Below, piece by piece: positions 49,390 to 63,680 of a DNA stretch of 64,000 nt. Numbering within the stretch: position 1 is the first letter of the stretch; the number at the start of each line of letters is the position of its first letter. Origin of the DNA: Eledone cirrhosa (Eukaryota); contig OZ024755.1 in assembly GCA_964016885.1 (NCBI GenBank), forward strand, positions 26,288,001 through 26,352,000, given 5' to 3'. Below the pieces are notes generated by a model. That model made no database searches and was not told the DNA's origin. It was given only the letters and a program-made list of their open reading frames with translations. The position numbers and the translations under genes were made by a program.

Positions 49390-49605
49390 TTAACCCTTTA
49401 GTTACCATTCCGGCTAAAACCGGCTTTGGTTCTCTTAAATAAAATCACCCATTTTAAAGGTTTCCAATTTAAATAAAAATCTTCTTATATAATTACTATT
49501 GTAGTAATGAAATAATTAATGCATTTTAGTAAATTCCCCAAAATTATTAATTGAATAATTAATGTAGAGTGTATTTCATTAGAAATGTGGTCATAAAAGG
49601 GTTAA
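49390..49605. mobile_element. piggyBac-like MITE (TTAA-flanked)
   Basis: TTAA-CCCTTTAGTTACCA ... TGGTCATAAAAGGG-TTAA; related right ends at ~12505-12684 and ~11620-11679. Confidence 0.78.
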
Positions 49606-51217
49606 TGCCTGAAAGTCAAATTGGCAGTGTAAGCAAGACGTGCCAATCATCTCAATCGATCAGGACGTACATAACAAAATAACGGAATGACAACCACGTT
49701 ATGGCACTTAAACAGCGTTGAAGGAAGAAAATCAATTCATTATACAATAAATAGCAGAGGAGTAGAATAAATTGTTCCGAGAGAACCATAACTGCATATG
49801 GAAACACATTTCGTTTCTCTTTTAGAAGTGGTAGTAATTGAAATTGATAGGAAATGCGCATTTGAAATAGCTTTGCAGTTAGGATCTAGATTAGGTGCGC
49901 TGAATAAAATAAGCATAACATTCTATCAACTGTCAAACTTGGTTGAGATTCTCAATCTTCGACTTGCATCTTGAATTGCTAACGATAGGAAATTTATCAA
50001 ACAAATGTGTCGGGTTGTTTGTTATACCACTGCAGTTCAGATTCGGTAAACATTTCATGGAATTCTGTAGACACAAGGAAACAGCTTAAGAAAAAATCAA
50101 ACCACGCTGTTAGCATTTAGAAAGCTTCTTAGTATCAAAACAACAAAGTAAAAAATGTCTGCCATCGTAAAGCAAAATATAAATATAAAATAAAAAATGG
50201 AAATAAAAAATTATTCTGAGCAATAACAGAAAGGACATTTAGTGTGATTTATTACATAATTATGTATTCTCGATTCTTTATGTAGTGATATGGTTTGTTA
50301 TACAGATGGGATTTAACGATGCCATAACCAGTTGGTATTTAGTTAGTTAAGTGTTTGGTAAATATATCCGAGTGCAGTGCTGAAACACTGTGACGTATAT
50401 TTGCAAAATTGATCTTATGATATCATAGGTTTATATGACTGAAAGAAGTCACCAATGACAGATTTAAGTAGAAAAATAAAGGAGAGAGGGGAGAGAGAAA
50501 GGAAGAACGCTGCGTAAGCTCGACAAAGAATGTTTCATATGCCCTTGAGTAAAATAATGGTTTAAGTAAACAATGATAAGAGGAAAGAGATAAAAGAAGA
50601 AAGAAGATTTATTAAAGGAAGAAATAACAAATATACTATAAAATGATAGGTAAAGGAATAGTGAAGCGGTGGAACGAATCACATTTTGCCTCGAAATCTG
50701 TTGACGTTTGTCATTCGAGTGTCTGGGAGAAGTATTTCATTTGAATTTTGACATTCAGAAATTGTATCAGTTCCGATGAGTTACATTAGCTTTATTGTAA
50801 AGTTTACTTCGGAAGAAACTTTGAAACGGTAAATGCCAAACCAAGGGATTCGAGACGTCGTACAAAGGAAATATATATAAGATTTCAATTCAGAGAATAG
50901 AACTTTAATGCAGTGTCACTAATTTGCATCGATTAACTCGTATTCAGATTTGATTATTTGAAAAATTGGTTGGAACTATATTTTAGGGAGACCAATATCG
51001 ATCACAGAGGGTAAAAACGAAGAAATACGCCATTTTGGTACTAGAAAACCTGACCTAATTTTGACTATCAATTTTTCCAAATTAACTCCCTTTCATGCGA
51101 AACTCTTTTGCTCTTACGAGAAATGCTTGAAAATACTGCACTTGGTAATGCGTTAAGACAATGCAACACGTTTACACTGGATCTTTCTAATTTGTCTGTC
51201 CCATAGCTAGCAAAAAC

Positions 51218-51490
51218 GGAGACTTGGCAGAGTCATTAGGATGTCGGATGCGCTCTGAGGTCAAATCCTACTGAAATCAAATTTGTCTTCCTTCCTTTTG
51301 ATATCGATAAATAAAGTTCCAACGCAGTACTGAGGTCGATTCTCTCCCTTTCTGAGGAATAACTCGACTGTATTTCACCTGGAGAGGGATGGCCTCCGCA
51401 AACAGGTGTAAAATGCCAAAGACAGACGATGTATCAACACGGCACCCATACAACTCTATCAGGAAGGAGTTAAGGACCCTTTACCTATCT
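51218..51490 (+). mobile_element. SINE-A variant with alternative tail (old)
   Basis: Diverged homolog of 63385-63680. Confidence 0.62.
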
Positions 51491-51670
51491 TACCACAGCT
51501 GAAAATAATAAGTGGTAATTCTCCTTGGAGCATTCTTTCCAGTCATTGCAGTGATGTTGATATTGTTTCAAGTATTCGAAATGGACATTAGATTCCCTAC
51601 TGTCTAGGTTTTTCCTGCAGATATTCTGACCAGCCAACAATTGCATCAATCTCACTAACCTGGTCGAATA

Positions 51671-51750
51671 AAGGTCATATTCATAGTCCCTAGGTCATAA
51701 TCATTGTTCCAAGGTCATACTCATTATCCCGTGGTCATATTCATTGTTCC
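51671..51750. repeat. 20-bp minisatellite, 4 copies
   Basis: Unit approximately AAGGTCATATTCATTGTTCC. Confidence 0.85.
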
Positions 51751-52449
51751 GTCACAAAATTACCGTAAAGAAGTTAGAAGATGTAGGCTGAACATTTTGC
51801 AGTGAGCAGAGTGGATTTTAATAATTGACAAATTATCTTCTTTTGTTTATATTTTGGTTTTAAATTCGCATATATTTATAATTCTTTAAAACATCTTTAA
51901 GACAAGAATTGGAGTGATGTACCTAAAATTTACGTTATGTCAGAAGTCTGCAGATAAGAATAATACAAGTATGTATTACTTATGAATAATAATAATACAT
52001 TTTACAAAAGCTGGAAACTACGATATAGAGATAAAATCTTTATTACTGAAATTAAAAACTAACAAGACATTGCTGGAAGGTTTATCACAACATCCTGTTC
52101 ATTAGTATTTGTATTTCTACAGGTGAAATTGTTAATTAATTAATCAAATAATTAATTAATCAGTTACTTAATTAGTTAATTAAGTAAAGTAGATTACGTG
52201 TATCATTAGCAGGAAAATACTTTGAGAAAGTAAATGAGGTACAAGTAATTAGAAAGCATACATTACTGAGTAATCTCCCAAGGTTATCGATAATGTTATG
52301 TTAGAAATATAACAAAAGATCGGTCTCCTCAAGAGATTATTAGTGTTGTGGAATGAGACGGACAGAAACTAATTGATATTTCAAGAAATATTTCTCTCAC
52401 GGCCTACTTTCGTGCTTGTCTTTCTACCTGACTGTCTAGCTGCCCCCCC

Positions 52450-52467
52450 TCTCTCTCTCTCTCTTTT

Positions 52468-52504
<37 letters not shown>

Positions 52505-52965
52505 GTATATGTATATATATATGTATATATATATGTGTATATATATGTGTATATATATATATGTGTATATATGTGTATATATATATATGTGTATATATAT
52601 ATGTGTATATATATATATATATGTGTATATATGTATATATATATATGTGTATATGTGTATATATGTATATATATATATATGTGTATATATGTATATATAT
52701 ATATATGTGTATATATGTATATATATATGTGTATATATGTATATATATATGTATATATGTATATATATATATGTGTATATATGTATATATATATGCGTAT
52801 ATATATGTATATATATATGTATATATATGTATATATATATGTGTATATATATGTATATATATATGTATATATATATATGTATATATATGTATATATATAT
52901 GTATATATATATATGTATATATATATGTATATATGTATATATATATATGCATATATATATATATA

Positions 52966-53000
<35 letters not shown>

Positions 53001-53297
53001 ATATATATAAGTATATATATATATATATATATGTATAAGTATATATATGTATATGTATATGTATATATATATATAAGTATATATATATATATATATATGT
53101 ATAAGTATATATATATATAAGTATATATATATATATATATATGTATAAGTATATATATGTATATGTATATGTATATATATATATATATGTATATATATGT
53201 ATATATATATATGTATATATATATATATGTATATGTATATGTATATATATATGTATATATATATATGTATATATATATATATGTATATATATATATG

Positions 53298-53328
<31 letters not shown>

Positions 53329-53424
53329 GTATATATATATGTATATATATATATAAGTATATATATGTATATATATATATATAAGTATATATATGTATAT
53401 GTATATATATGTATATGTATATGT

Positions 53425-53472
<48 letters not shown>

Positions 53473-53601
53473 TTATGTATATATATATAAGTATATATAT
53501 AAGTATATGTATATATATATATATATATGTATATATATGTATAAATATATATGTGTATATATATATATATGTATATATATTATATGTATATATATATATA
53601 T

Positions 53602-53647
<46 letters not shown>

Positions 53648-53700
53648 GTATATATATATATGTATATATATAGGTATATATATATATGTATATATATATG

Positions 53701-53736
<36 letters not shown>

Positions 53737-53804
53737 TGTATATGTATATATATATATGTATATGTATATATATATATGTATATATGTATATGTATATATA
53801 TATG

Positions 53805-53837
<33 letters not shown>

Positions 53838-54188
53838 GTATATATATGTATATATATATATATGTATATATATATATGTATATATATATGTATATATATG
53901 TATATATATATATATGTATATATATATATGTATATATATGTATATATGTATATATGTATATATATATATATGTATATGTATGTATTTATATATATATGTA
54001 TATGTATGTATTTATATATATATGTATATATTTATATATGTATATATATATATGTATATATATATGTATATATATATATATGTATATATATATGTATATA
54101 TATATATATTTATATATATATGTATATATATATATTTATATATATATGTATATATATATATGTATATATATATGTATATATATATATG

Positions 54189-54219
<31 letters not shown>

Positions 54220-54558
54220 GTATATATGTATATATGTATATATATGTATATATGTATATATATGTATATATGTATATATGTATATATATGTATATATGTA
54301 TATATATGTATATATATATGTATATATATTTATATGTATATATGTATATATGTATATATATATACAAGTATATATATGTATATATATATGGGCGGTGCCC
54401 CAGCATGACCTCAGCCGGATGGCTGAAACAGGTAAAAGAGTAAAAGAGTATATATGTATATATGTATATATATATATATATGTATATATGTATATATATA
54501 TATGTAAATATACATATATGTAAATATATATATATGTATATATGTATATATATATGTA

Positions 54559-54635
<77 letters not shown>

Positions 54636-54946
54636 GTCGTTTCTGAATTTGTTTAGCAAGATTCTTTATCTGAAATCGTGTGTTGAAACCGATATTGTTA
54701 TACTTTGGGAGGGTCATGTTGCCAATAAGAAACACACGCACCAGTGACGAAAGGACTATGACTATATATAAACAACTATCTGGTTGTGGAACCAACCAAC
54801 CAACCAGAAATTTATAAGTTTGTAGATTTGTAAATTTATAAATTTATAAATATATAATAAATTGAAGTGAAAGCAACTGGTGCGTGTGTTTCTTATTGGT
54901 AACATGACCCTCCCAAAGTATAACAATATATATATATGTATATATG

Positions 54947-54977
<31 letters not shown>

Positions 54978-54994
54978 GTATATATGTATATATG

Positions 54995-55025
<31 letters not shown>

Positions 55026-55116
55026 GTATATATATGTATATATATGTATATATATATATAAGTATATATATGTATATATATATATATAAGTATATATATG
55101 TATATATATATATATG
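52450..55116. repeat. ~2.6-kb degenerate (TA)n/(TATG)n array with two short insertions
   Basis: Direct inspection; insertions at ~54389-54449 (SINE/LINE 3' tail) and 54636-54929. Confidence 0.95.
54636..54929 (+). mobile_element. Truncated PLE pseudo-LTR with inverted 5' arm (same family as 37290-39200)
   Basis: 54744-54929 matches 39036-39200; arms 54692-54745 and 54876-54929 are inverted repeats. Confidence 0.88.
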
Positions 55117-55736
55117 TGGTATAAAAATATTTATCACCGTGTGATGTTGGGTACTTTAAGCTAATTATCTGACGAATTTGCTCATATGCTTGCAGATGGA
55201 TAGATTCAGGGACTTTTGAGCAACATACTGATGTACTGAGTGAAGATGCCATACAATTTATTTCTTCGCGAGAAATAAAGTTTATATTTGATTCATTTGA
55301 ATATTAATTTTCAATTTCGACCGTGTATAATGTAATAAGGATGTTGTTTATTGCACTACTTCTCACTCCCCAGATGTATAAAGAGTGAGAGATTTAATTC
55401 ATTTTATTACTGATTTTGTTGGGGTGAATGTGCTGTTTATACCTGCTTTCTAGAGAAACCTACACTAACTTATTTGCATTCATCTAGGTGCATGTTGCCA
55501 TACGTCTTAACAGAATAGAACAATGAAAATCCCCAAAATCTTTATTACAACAAAAAACATTGATCCTGTTAATCCCCCAGGAAGTCATTTATTTGTCCCA
55601 TCAAAAAATCACACGTAAAAATAAACTCCATGGCGCGACATTGAGTGAATCATCAGTTGCAAGTGAATGAATAAATTCTCCTACATGAATATGAATTGAA
55701 TACTTTTCTTGTTTTTGTACATCGAACCGTATAATC

Positions 55737-56370
<634 letters not shown>

Positions 56371-56413
56371 TATATATATATATATATAAAGTATGTATGC
56401 ATACATACATGTA

Positions 56414-56460
<47 letters not shown>

Positions 56461-56749
56461 GCTATATATAACTATATAGCTTATATATACAATTTGCCGC
56501 AAGTAATTAACTATGAAACTGAATATTTATCACCCATGTATTTCCAAGAATAGCTGTGTTGTCAAGCGGTTGTTCTACACACACACACACACACACTCTC
56601 TCTGCATGTATGTGCGTGTGTGTGTGTATGCATACATGTATATATGTATGATTATATAATACGTTTTTGCCAATGTTTGTTTTCTAACATCTGACTGTAC
56701 TCGGACAGGAATTGGCTTACACTATGTATGTACGTGTGTGTATTATATA

Positions 56750-57240
56750 CTACTGGCTGTTGGCAACCGATTTCTCATCCTTTTTTTACTTTATCACTAC
56801 ATCTTCTCTCTTGTTGCCACAGTTCATGTCGGTTCCCTCTGCATGTCGCCTTGGAAGACAACAGCAGAAAAAGCTTTGACGTGACCAGATTCCCATCACG
56901 TGGTGACGGTAAACACACAGACGGTGGTATAACCCTATTCGCGTTTGAGCGGGAGGGAGAGTAGATGTCTAATCTGGGTCATTCTCCGCTTCCAACCTTG
57001 TCGCTACGGCCACAATCTCGAGCACAGCTGTCCGTAACTCAGTGCAGCAGAAGATGTCCGAATATCGAGATTTGACCAATCACTTCCTCTTCGCGCCGGT
57101 TGCGTCTAGACCTCTGGTGTCCTCGTTCCCGAACTCTGCAAAATTGGGAGGAATGAATCTCGCTTGAGGAAAGGAACCTCGCGAGATGTGCAACGGCTGC
57201 CGCTGGCTGTCCCCCGCATCGATCATTTCCCCATTTGTCC
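56750..57240 (+). mobile_element. CRE-clade (RLE-type) non-LTR retrotransposon 3' remnant
   Basis: HLLSCCHSSCRFPLHVALED...GDGKHTDGGITLFAF...KMSEYRDLTNHFLFAPVA resembles zinc knuckle + RPDG restriction-like endonuclease. Confidence 0.68.
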
Positions 57241-57334
57241 ACATGACACAACTGAAATATACTCACCAGACTAGGGTGTAGAGTTTGCTGTTCCTTTTAT
57301 CTTTCCCCACAGTATTTATTTTTTAAATTTTTAT

Positions 57335-57520
57335 TTTTTTTCTTCTTGTCGTGTCACAATAGTCACTGTTACAAAGCTTAGCTAGATGTGGTTCCGCCAC
57401 AGCTGAACACATTGCTGTCCTTTCTCATAAAACTCTTCCAAGTTCAATGATATGCAGTGGTGTGCCAGCAGGAGGTACTGCGTTGTCTGCGGTTTGATGC
57501 CGCATTCATTGCCAACATTA
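57335..57520 (-). mobile_element. Vingi/Ingi/I-like LINE extreme 3' end
   Basis: ECGIKPQTTQYLL...CVQLWRNHI*, then GACACGACAAGAAGAAAA. Confidence 0.5.
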
Positions 57521-57654
57521 TATAATTTATTTGAAATTAGTTGAATAATATATAAACAACCTAATAGCAAGAGTATCATTTGCGACGGGCCTCGCATTTT
57601 CAAGATCTTCCCTCTCCTCTGCAAAATGTATTAATTGGCTTGGCTATAAATATA

Positions 57655-57982
57655 GACTACTGGCTCTCCGTCGGTTACGACGACGAGTGTTCCAGTTGAT
57701 CCGATCAACGGAACAGGCTGCTCATGAAATTAACGTGCAAGCGGCTGAGCATTCCACAGACACGCATACCCTTAACGTAGTTATCAGGGAGATTCAGTGT
57801 GACACAGAATGTGACAAGGCTGGCCTTTCTAATTACAGGTACAACTCAGTTTTGCCAGCTGAGTGGACTGGAGCAACATGAAATAAAGTGTCTTGTTGAA
57901 GGACACAACGCGCTGCCGGGAATCAAACTCACAACTTTACGTTTGTGAGTGGAATACTCTAACCTCAAAGCCACGCGCCTTC
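57655..57982 (-). mobile_element. tRNA-derived SINE related to family B, longer body
   Basis: Reverse complement: AGGCGCGTGGCT...GAGTTTGATTCCCGG...TGTCCTTCAACAAGACACTTTATTTCA. Confidence 0.85.
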
Positions 57983-58566
57983 ACATAAATATATAACAGT
58001 TAGTTATAAAAAGAAAAGAACCTTTATTAATTTGGCCAAATGTGATTCAACAACAAATTGTTGTCTTTACAACTGTGTTTTTTGTGATTAGGTTTGTTTT
58101 GTTTGATTCATATTTTCATGTATAATTTTGAGTAAACTGGGAGTAAAGAAAGCATGACGATGTATTTACCGACAACGTATTTGGCATAGCAATGAATTTC
58201 CCTTTCCATATATTTACTGACAATGTGATGGAATTAACAAATAATTTAATTTCAAGTGATGTATTTATCACAATGTAATTCCATGTAAGGTATTTACAGG
58301 CCATAGTAAAAATGATCAGCAAAATTCAGTAATACAAGAAGTAACATGAAGCAATGGATTTTAATCCTCATCTCAATCATCATTTTCAGTTGGCAATACT
58401 GTTTCAAGTTAATCCAATATGGTCGCGAGCTTAATCAGGACACATGAAAGAATAATGATGGCACCGCTTTAATCCATTTGATACCAATTTGATTGAAATC
58501 GTGTTTGGTTCTGTGGAACAATCTTATCTATATTATAAAATTTATATCATGTAATACCTTTCCATC

Positions 58567-58637
<71 letters not shown>

Positions 58638-59230
58638 TCCAGCACTCTTGGTTTAAGACCCATGCCGAATAATCCGATTTACTTGAATGTAAGAGGTAAC
58701 CTAATAATAATCCAGGGAAAATTCCTAGGAAATAATCGCCACATTATTAATAAATTTTTTCAATCCAGACTTTTGTTCACTCAGTAGAAACATTATTCTC
58801 ATCTCTCAACTACAACAATATTAAGATGCGAAATGTTTAGCACTACATTTAACACCCCATAGAAAGTGACATCTGGTGATCATATTCTCATTGAAACGTA
58901 ACCACGAAGAGTATATATTTACATTTTCCATCTTCAGGCTGGTATACTGTATTTTACGCAATGAAGGTCAGTTATCTGTTAACATATTCTTTATACTTAA
59001 GTTCTCAGGTGCGATCTTTAGGCTAAATCTACAATGAAAGAGTGGCTAATATCCATTAAAAGGTTATTTGTCTCTAATACTTAGACATCTCAATGAATGG
59101 AATGGATAAAATATACAGATAAAATATCATTCAGAGAAGTAATTTAATATATTAAACTTATGCCACAATCTCAATTTAGGGGAGTATAGGTCAGACCGAC
59201 TAGAATAAGTTAAGCTAACTCATATAATCG

Positions 59231-59329
59231 TCTCCCTACCATGGTTTCTAGAATATAGAACCAATATCAATTATTTCAAATCATTGGAACAACCAATATT
59301 GGAAGAACTTATTCTATCATCAGGGGAGA
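59231..59329 (-). ncRNA. Type I hammerhead ribozyme (GUA site), intact core
   Basis: Minus strand: TCTCCC-CTGATGA-TAGAATA[...]TATTCTA-GAAA-CCATGG-TA^GGGAGA; stem-loop II is 68 nt; stem III is palindromic. Confidence 0.9.
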
Positions 59330-59414
59330 ATTCTTTGGAATAAGATATTGATCATAAAGTATACATACCATTTCGTTTCCTAAACCTAAATAGACACAGA
59401 TAATTTTTAAATTG

Positions 59415-59468
<54 letters not shown>

Positions 59469-59469
<1 letters not shown>

Positions 59470-59745
59470 TATCACAGAAAAAAGAGAATCAGTGTTGCGA
59501 CGAAAGGAATTTATTGGACATATTACAATTGTTTCTCGGACGACCGAGTGATTTCAGAGTCAGGTTTGATCACCATATCGATCGTGCCTCGAGCTGGTCG
59601 CCCAAGAAACAATTGTAATATGTCCAATAAATTCCTTTCGTCGCTAAACTGATTCTCTTTTTTCTGTGATATCATACTCTGCTCTACGAGGGCATTAGGT
59701 GCTCATACGGCCTACCACATACGGACGCTTTAAGCATCCAACACC

Positions 59746-59749
<4 letters not shown>
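59469..59749 (+). mobile_element. Fold-back element carrying a hammerhead 3' half, in (TA)n
   Basis: Inverted arms spanning 59469-59672; GAAA(59606)-CAATTG-TA^ATATG then AATAAA; unique tail to 59749. Confidence 0.78.
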
Positions 59750-59812
<63 letters not shown>

Positions 59813-60472
59813 TAGTAAAAAAAGAACCAAGTTATATTTAAAACATATTTATTCTACATATGTTTCAATATAGATACGAGGTATTTGTTCATCGCTTTGC
59901 ATATCCCCAGAAGTCTAGATATTGTCTGAAGTGTCAACTGTATTACATATATGAGATAACTCCATAAAACGGTTGAGGTTCATTGGAATACCCCAATATA
60001 ACCATATATATATATGATGGCTGCAATTCGATTTCAAATAATGCCATCGCTTGATACTTAAATATCACGGACGTGTCTTCCTAGTCTTACTAGGAACCTG
60101 CCTATGGTGAGCAATGCTATGCATCGCAAAAAAAAAATGTCACATATGAAGAAATGCCTGTGTTCGAAGCTTTTTAAGTGAGGAAAGGCTTTGCACAGAG
60201 CCAATTCCACTCTCTGAACATCAAATGCCCATAAAGAAGAACTGGTCTACATCATTAGATGCAAACGAAGTCGCAGGTTTTATATCAGAGTGACTTTCTC
60301 CTTGAGAGATGTCTTAACGAAGACTAGGGCGGAGGAACTCAAGTGAATTAACGTCAACCAATAAAGATTTTTTTGTGGAGCGAGAGACTCCATATATATA
60401 TATATATATTTATGTGTGTGTGTGTGTGTATGTGCGTGCGAGTGTATATTTCTATACATATGTAGATGTATG

Positions 60473-60512
<40 letters not shown>

Positions 60513-60628
60513 CACACCCACACGTATACATATATATATTCGTGTATATATAGAAAATGTTTTCTTTAAGACATTTATAAATTAAAAACTCGTCTAAATG
60601 TTAGTTTTATAACTTTTATATTATTTTA

Positions 60629-61232
60629 CTAGCAGAATGGCCCGGCGTTGCTCGGGATTTGCTCTAGCGTTCTTATATATTTGATATATATTTATCCTTA
60701 TCGAGCCTTGTGAAATAAATACGTTTGTTTATATTTTGTTATTGTGTATGCAAAAATATCTGTACACGAATATATAATTATATATATATTAATATAACAG
60801 ATTAAAGTTTAAGCAAAGAATCGGTGCTTTCACCCTTAACGGGATCTTCTGAAACTAAAAAAATCAATCTGTGAACGCAGAAGTAAATATTTCGAAAAAC
60901 GTTACACACACACTATATATACATATATACACACACACAGATAGCGACGTCATAATGTGGTAATGTAGACAGCCAGACATACAGACAGATATTATAAGGG
61001 TGCAACGTTATATCTATGTATCTATCTAAAAAGAAAGACTAAGAATTATATAGAGAGAGATCGCTAAATCGCCTAATGCGGTCCCAAGGGCATTGAAAAT
61101 TTGAAATGTTTTGCTCAAAACACTCACAGGACCATAAGTATTACATGTGTAAAGTTTGAAAAAACTCGGTTGGGTGGTTCTCGAGTTTTAGGGAGACAGA
61201 CAGACAGACCTTCTCTGTTTTAGATATATAGA
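60629..61232 (-). mobile_element. Non-autonomous Helitron
   Basis: Minus strand A|TCTATATATCTAAAA ... hairpin CCCGAGCAACGCCGGG ... CTAG|T; no TSD; pieces recur at ~13255-13345. Confidence 0.85.
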
Positions 61233-61787
61233 TTTACATTTTTGTATCAGCTAAATCCATCTTTAGAGCCTGAAGTATCGTTGACTTCTGTACGGCTTCT
61301 TTTAAAAGGAGGTAAAAGTGATCGTTAGATTTACACATTACCAGTCACGTATTTATTTGGTTTATGAAGTGTATATACTGTCTGTGTGTTTATATTAGCA
61401 TTGTATTGTTTTGAGTAGTGCTTTCATAATTAAGTATGGATGTATTGACTGTTGTTTTCTCTATAGCTTTGTCGTAATTGCTTTTATTCATATTTTAGTA
61501 GAAAAGTAATATTCTTACACCTGCCAACAGCCTTTCTTCACCTTCTCTGTCAGAAGGTGCAGTGGACTGATTGAACTCTACAAAAATATTGCATATGTTC
61601 GACCCAGGGCTGACTCACTGATCAGAACCTCTGAACTAGTAGCAAAGGAAAGAAAATACATTCGAGAAAAGGATCCTGAAAAAGCAATCTACATCTTACT
61701 TAAGAAAGAAGGAATAGTTCAGAAATGAAACCCAGCGATGAGGTTTACATATGTATATATGCGCACACATTCTCTCACATGCGCGCC

Positions 61788-61849
<62 letters not shown>

Positions 61850-63384
61850 AAAGTTTGAAATATCCACACAAATCACACCATAAAGGAAAAAATATAGAAG
61901 TCGATAATTCAGCAAAAGCTTTTATATACAAGAAATGTTTTAAAACCAAATGACAACATAGCCAAGTCACATTTCTTCTCTTTGTTTTTAAATATTTTTA
62001 CATAACTTTATAAATTAAGGATACATCTTAATACAAAATACCGTCATCTAACAGAATACGTCCACCGTAGTCAATTAGGGACTTAATGGTTAGATTGTTT
62101 TCACAATGTTTCTCTGCTACCCGGATCTATCAAAAGGATTCTTCTCCTCCCTCATATTTAAGAATACGTGCCTCAGCGCAGTCAATGATACTTTCGAAAA
62201 AATAATGGAACACGATGGTCGCGATGACTTTTCTAAAAGCCTCTTTGAATCCAATAACTATATCCACCTATAATCTATTTTTTCCATCACTACTTACTGA
62301 TGTTTTTGAGAGTGATCAATTATTAGTTGGCTATGATGCCTCTTGAAAGTGACCTACTACTGGTTGCCTCTGATGCATCCCTCAACTCTCGCTTCAGTTG
62401 TTTACTAATTCAATCGTATTGGGAATACCAGGTTCAGTTCCAAGCAACTGGCTATAAACTTATCTAGGTTGACTTGGCAAATCTTGGAAAATCTAGGCTA
62501 CCTTATCCACTGGCCTAACAAACACTCTAATCTAGATTGAAATCAGACAATCTGAGTTTCGGTGGTCCCAAAATGTCCTTTGAATCATTTAACTTTGACA
62601 GAACTCATTTGGGAAGTTCAACAGAATATGGTGATAAACTTTTGACATGGTGTTGAAGGAAGAGGGCTGAGGCTGGTTGATCCATGTATAATGCATATAT
62701 CGTTTGTGACGGTGATGTTGTTGACTTTTGTCGATAGGGGGAACTCCTGCGAGGTTTACAGTTTGAAAATGTTAATACATCCTTTCAATGTTTTTGTTGT
62801 GGGTTTTGATATTTTCTGCTCTTGCTCTTTCTGTTGAAGCTCTTGTTTGTAAATCATATGTAATTCCTTTTATCTAATTTAATGAATCCATATAATATCA
62901 GCGTGGACAATTAGATAAGTGCAGTCATTTGAAGATGAAATATCTCAATAAAGATTGAAACCAATCCTTCTAATACACGTTTTTCTGCCTAATGAGAGAT
63001 TATATAAAAAGTTAATTGTTTACAATCATATAGAATATTTAATTAAGTTTAATTTATATACACAGTGTTGAATGAAACTTAAATGTTTAATCTGTATTAC
63101 ATTACAGCATCAATAATGAACACAGCTAATGCTTCAATAATTCTTCTTATGTTTGTTAGGCAATTTTATAGTCTCTTCTTCCTTAAGGCATAAGTCCACG
63201 ACCATCCCATATTGCTGTTCTTTTTTGGCGTGCCTTTGAGTACTCAACAAGTCCCTGCTGCACACTTCCGACTGCATTGTTTTCTGTTTAGTCCCACGAT
63301 ATGTTTATCTTAACACATATGTGTTATGTTGTTGTGATTTTGCTTGAAGTCGTCTTTATTTGCAAACAGATACTTTGTAGTTTA

Positions 63385-63680
63385 GGCGGCGAATTATCAG
63401 TCATTAGAACGTCGAATAGAATGCTTTATGGTATTCGTTCCAGCTCTTTGCTCTCTGAGTTCAAATCCCGCCAAGGTCAACTTTGCCTTTCATCCTTTCG
63501 AGGTCGATAAAAAAGTATCAGTCTAGTGCTGTGATCGAGTCTTCCTCTCTCTGGAAGAAATCTGCTGTACTCAGGCTTGGAGAGGATGGGCTCCGCCAGG
63601 CTTAAACTGCCCAAGAAACGCCGTATGTCAATACGGTGCCCCTACGACTCTACCAGGAGTTACAGGACCATACCATACCA
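63385..63680 (+). mobile_element. SINE-A variant with alternative tail ending (ACCAT)n
   Basis: GGCGGCGAATT head, B box GAGTTCAAATCC, central domain, distinct tail. Confidence 0.82.

Noticed and set aside
52373-55252. Long ORFs of Y/I/M/C/V (up to 376 aa), and similar ones at 22315-22620 and 24109-25467
   Set aside because: Translations of (TA)n/(TATG)n microsatellites, which lack stop codons; not genes.
59851-59925. GAAACATATGTAGAAT on - as a hammerhead 3' half
   Set aside because: No credible CUGANGA or fold-back partner found.
62000-63300. Faint RTE endonuclease-like and 3'-tail-like fragments on -
   Set aside because: Too degenerate to delimit or assign by eye.
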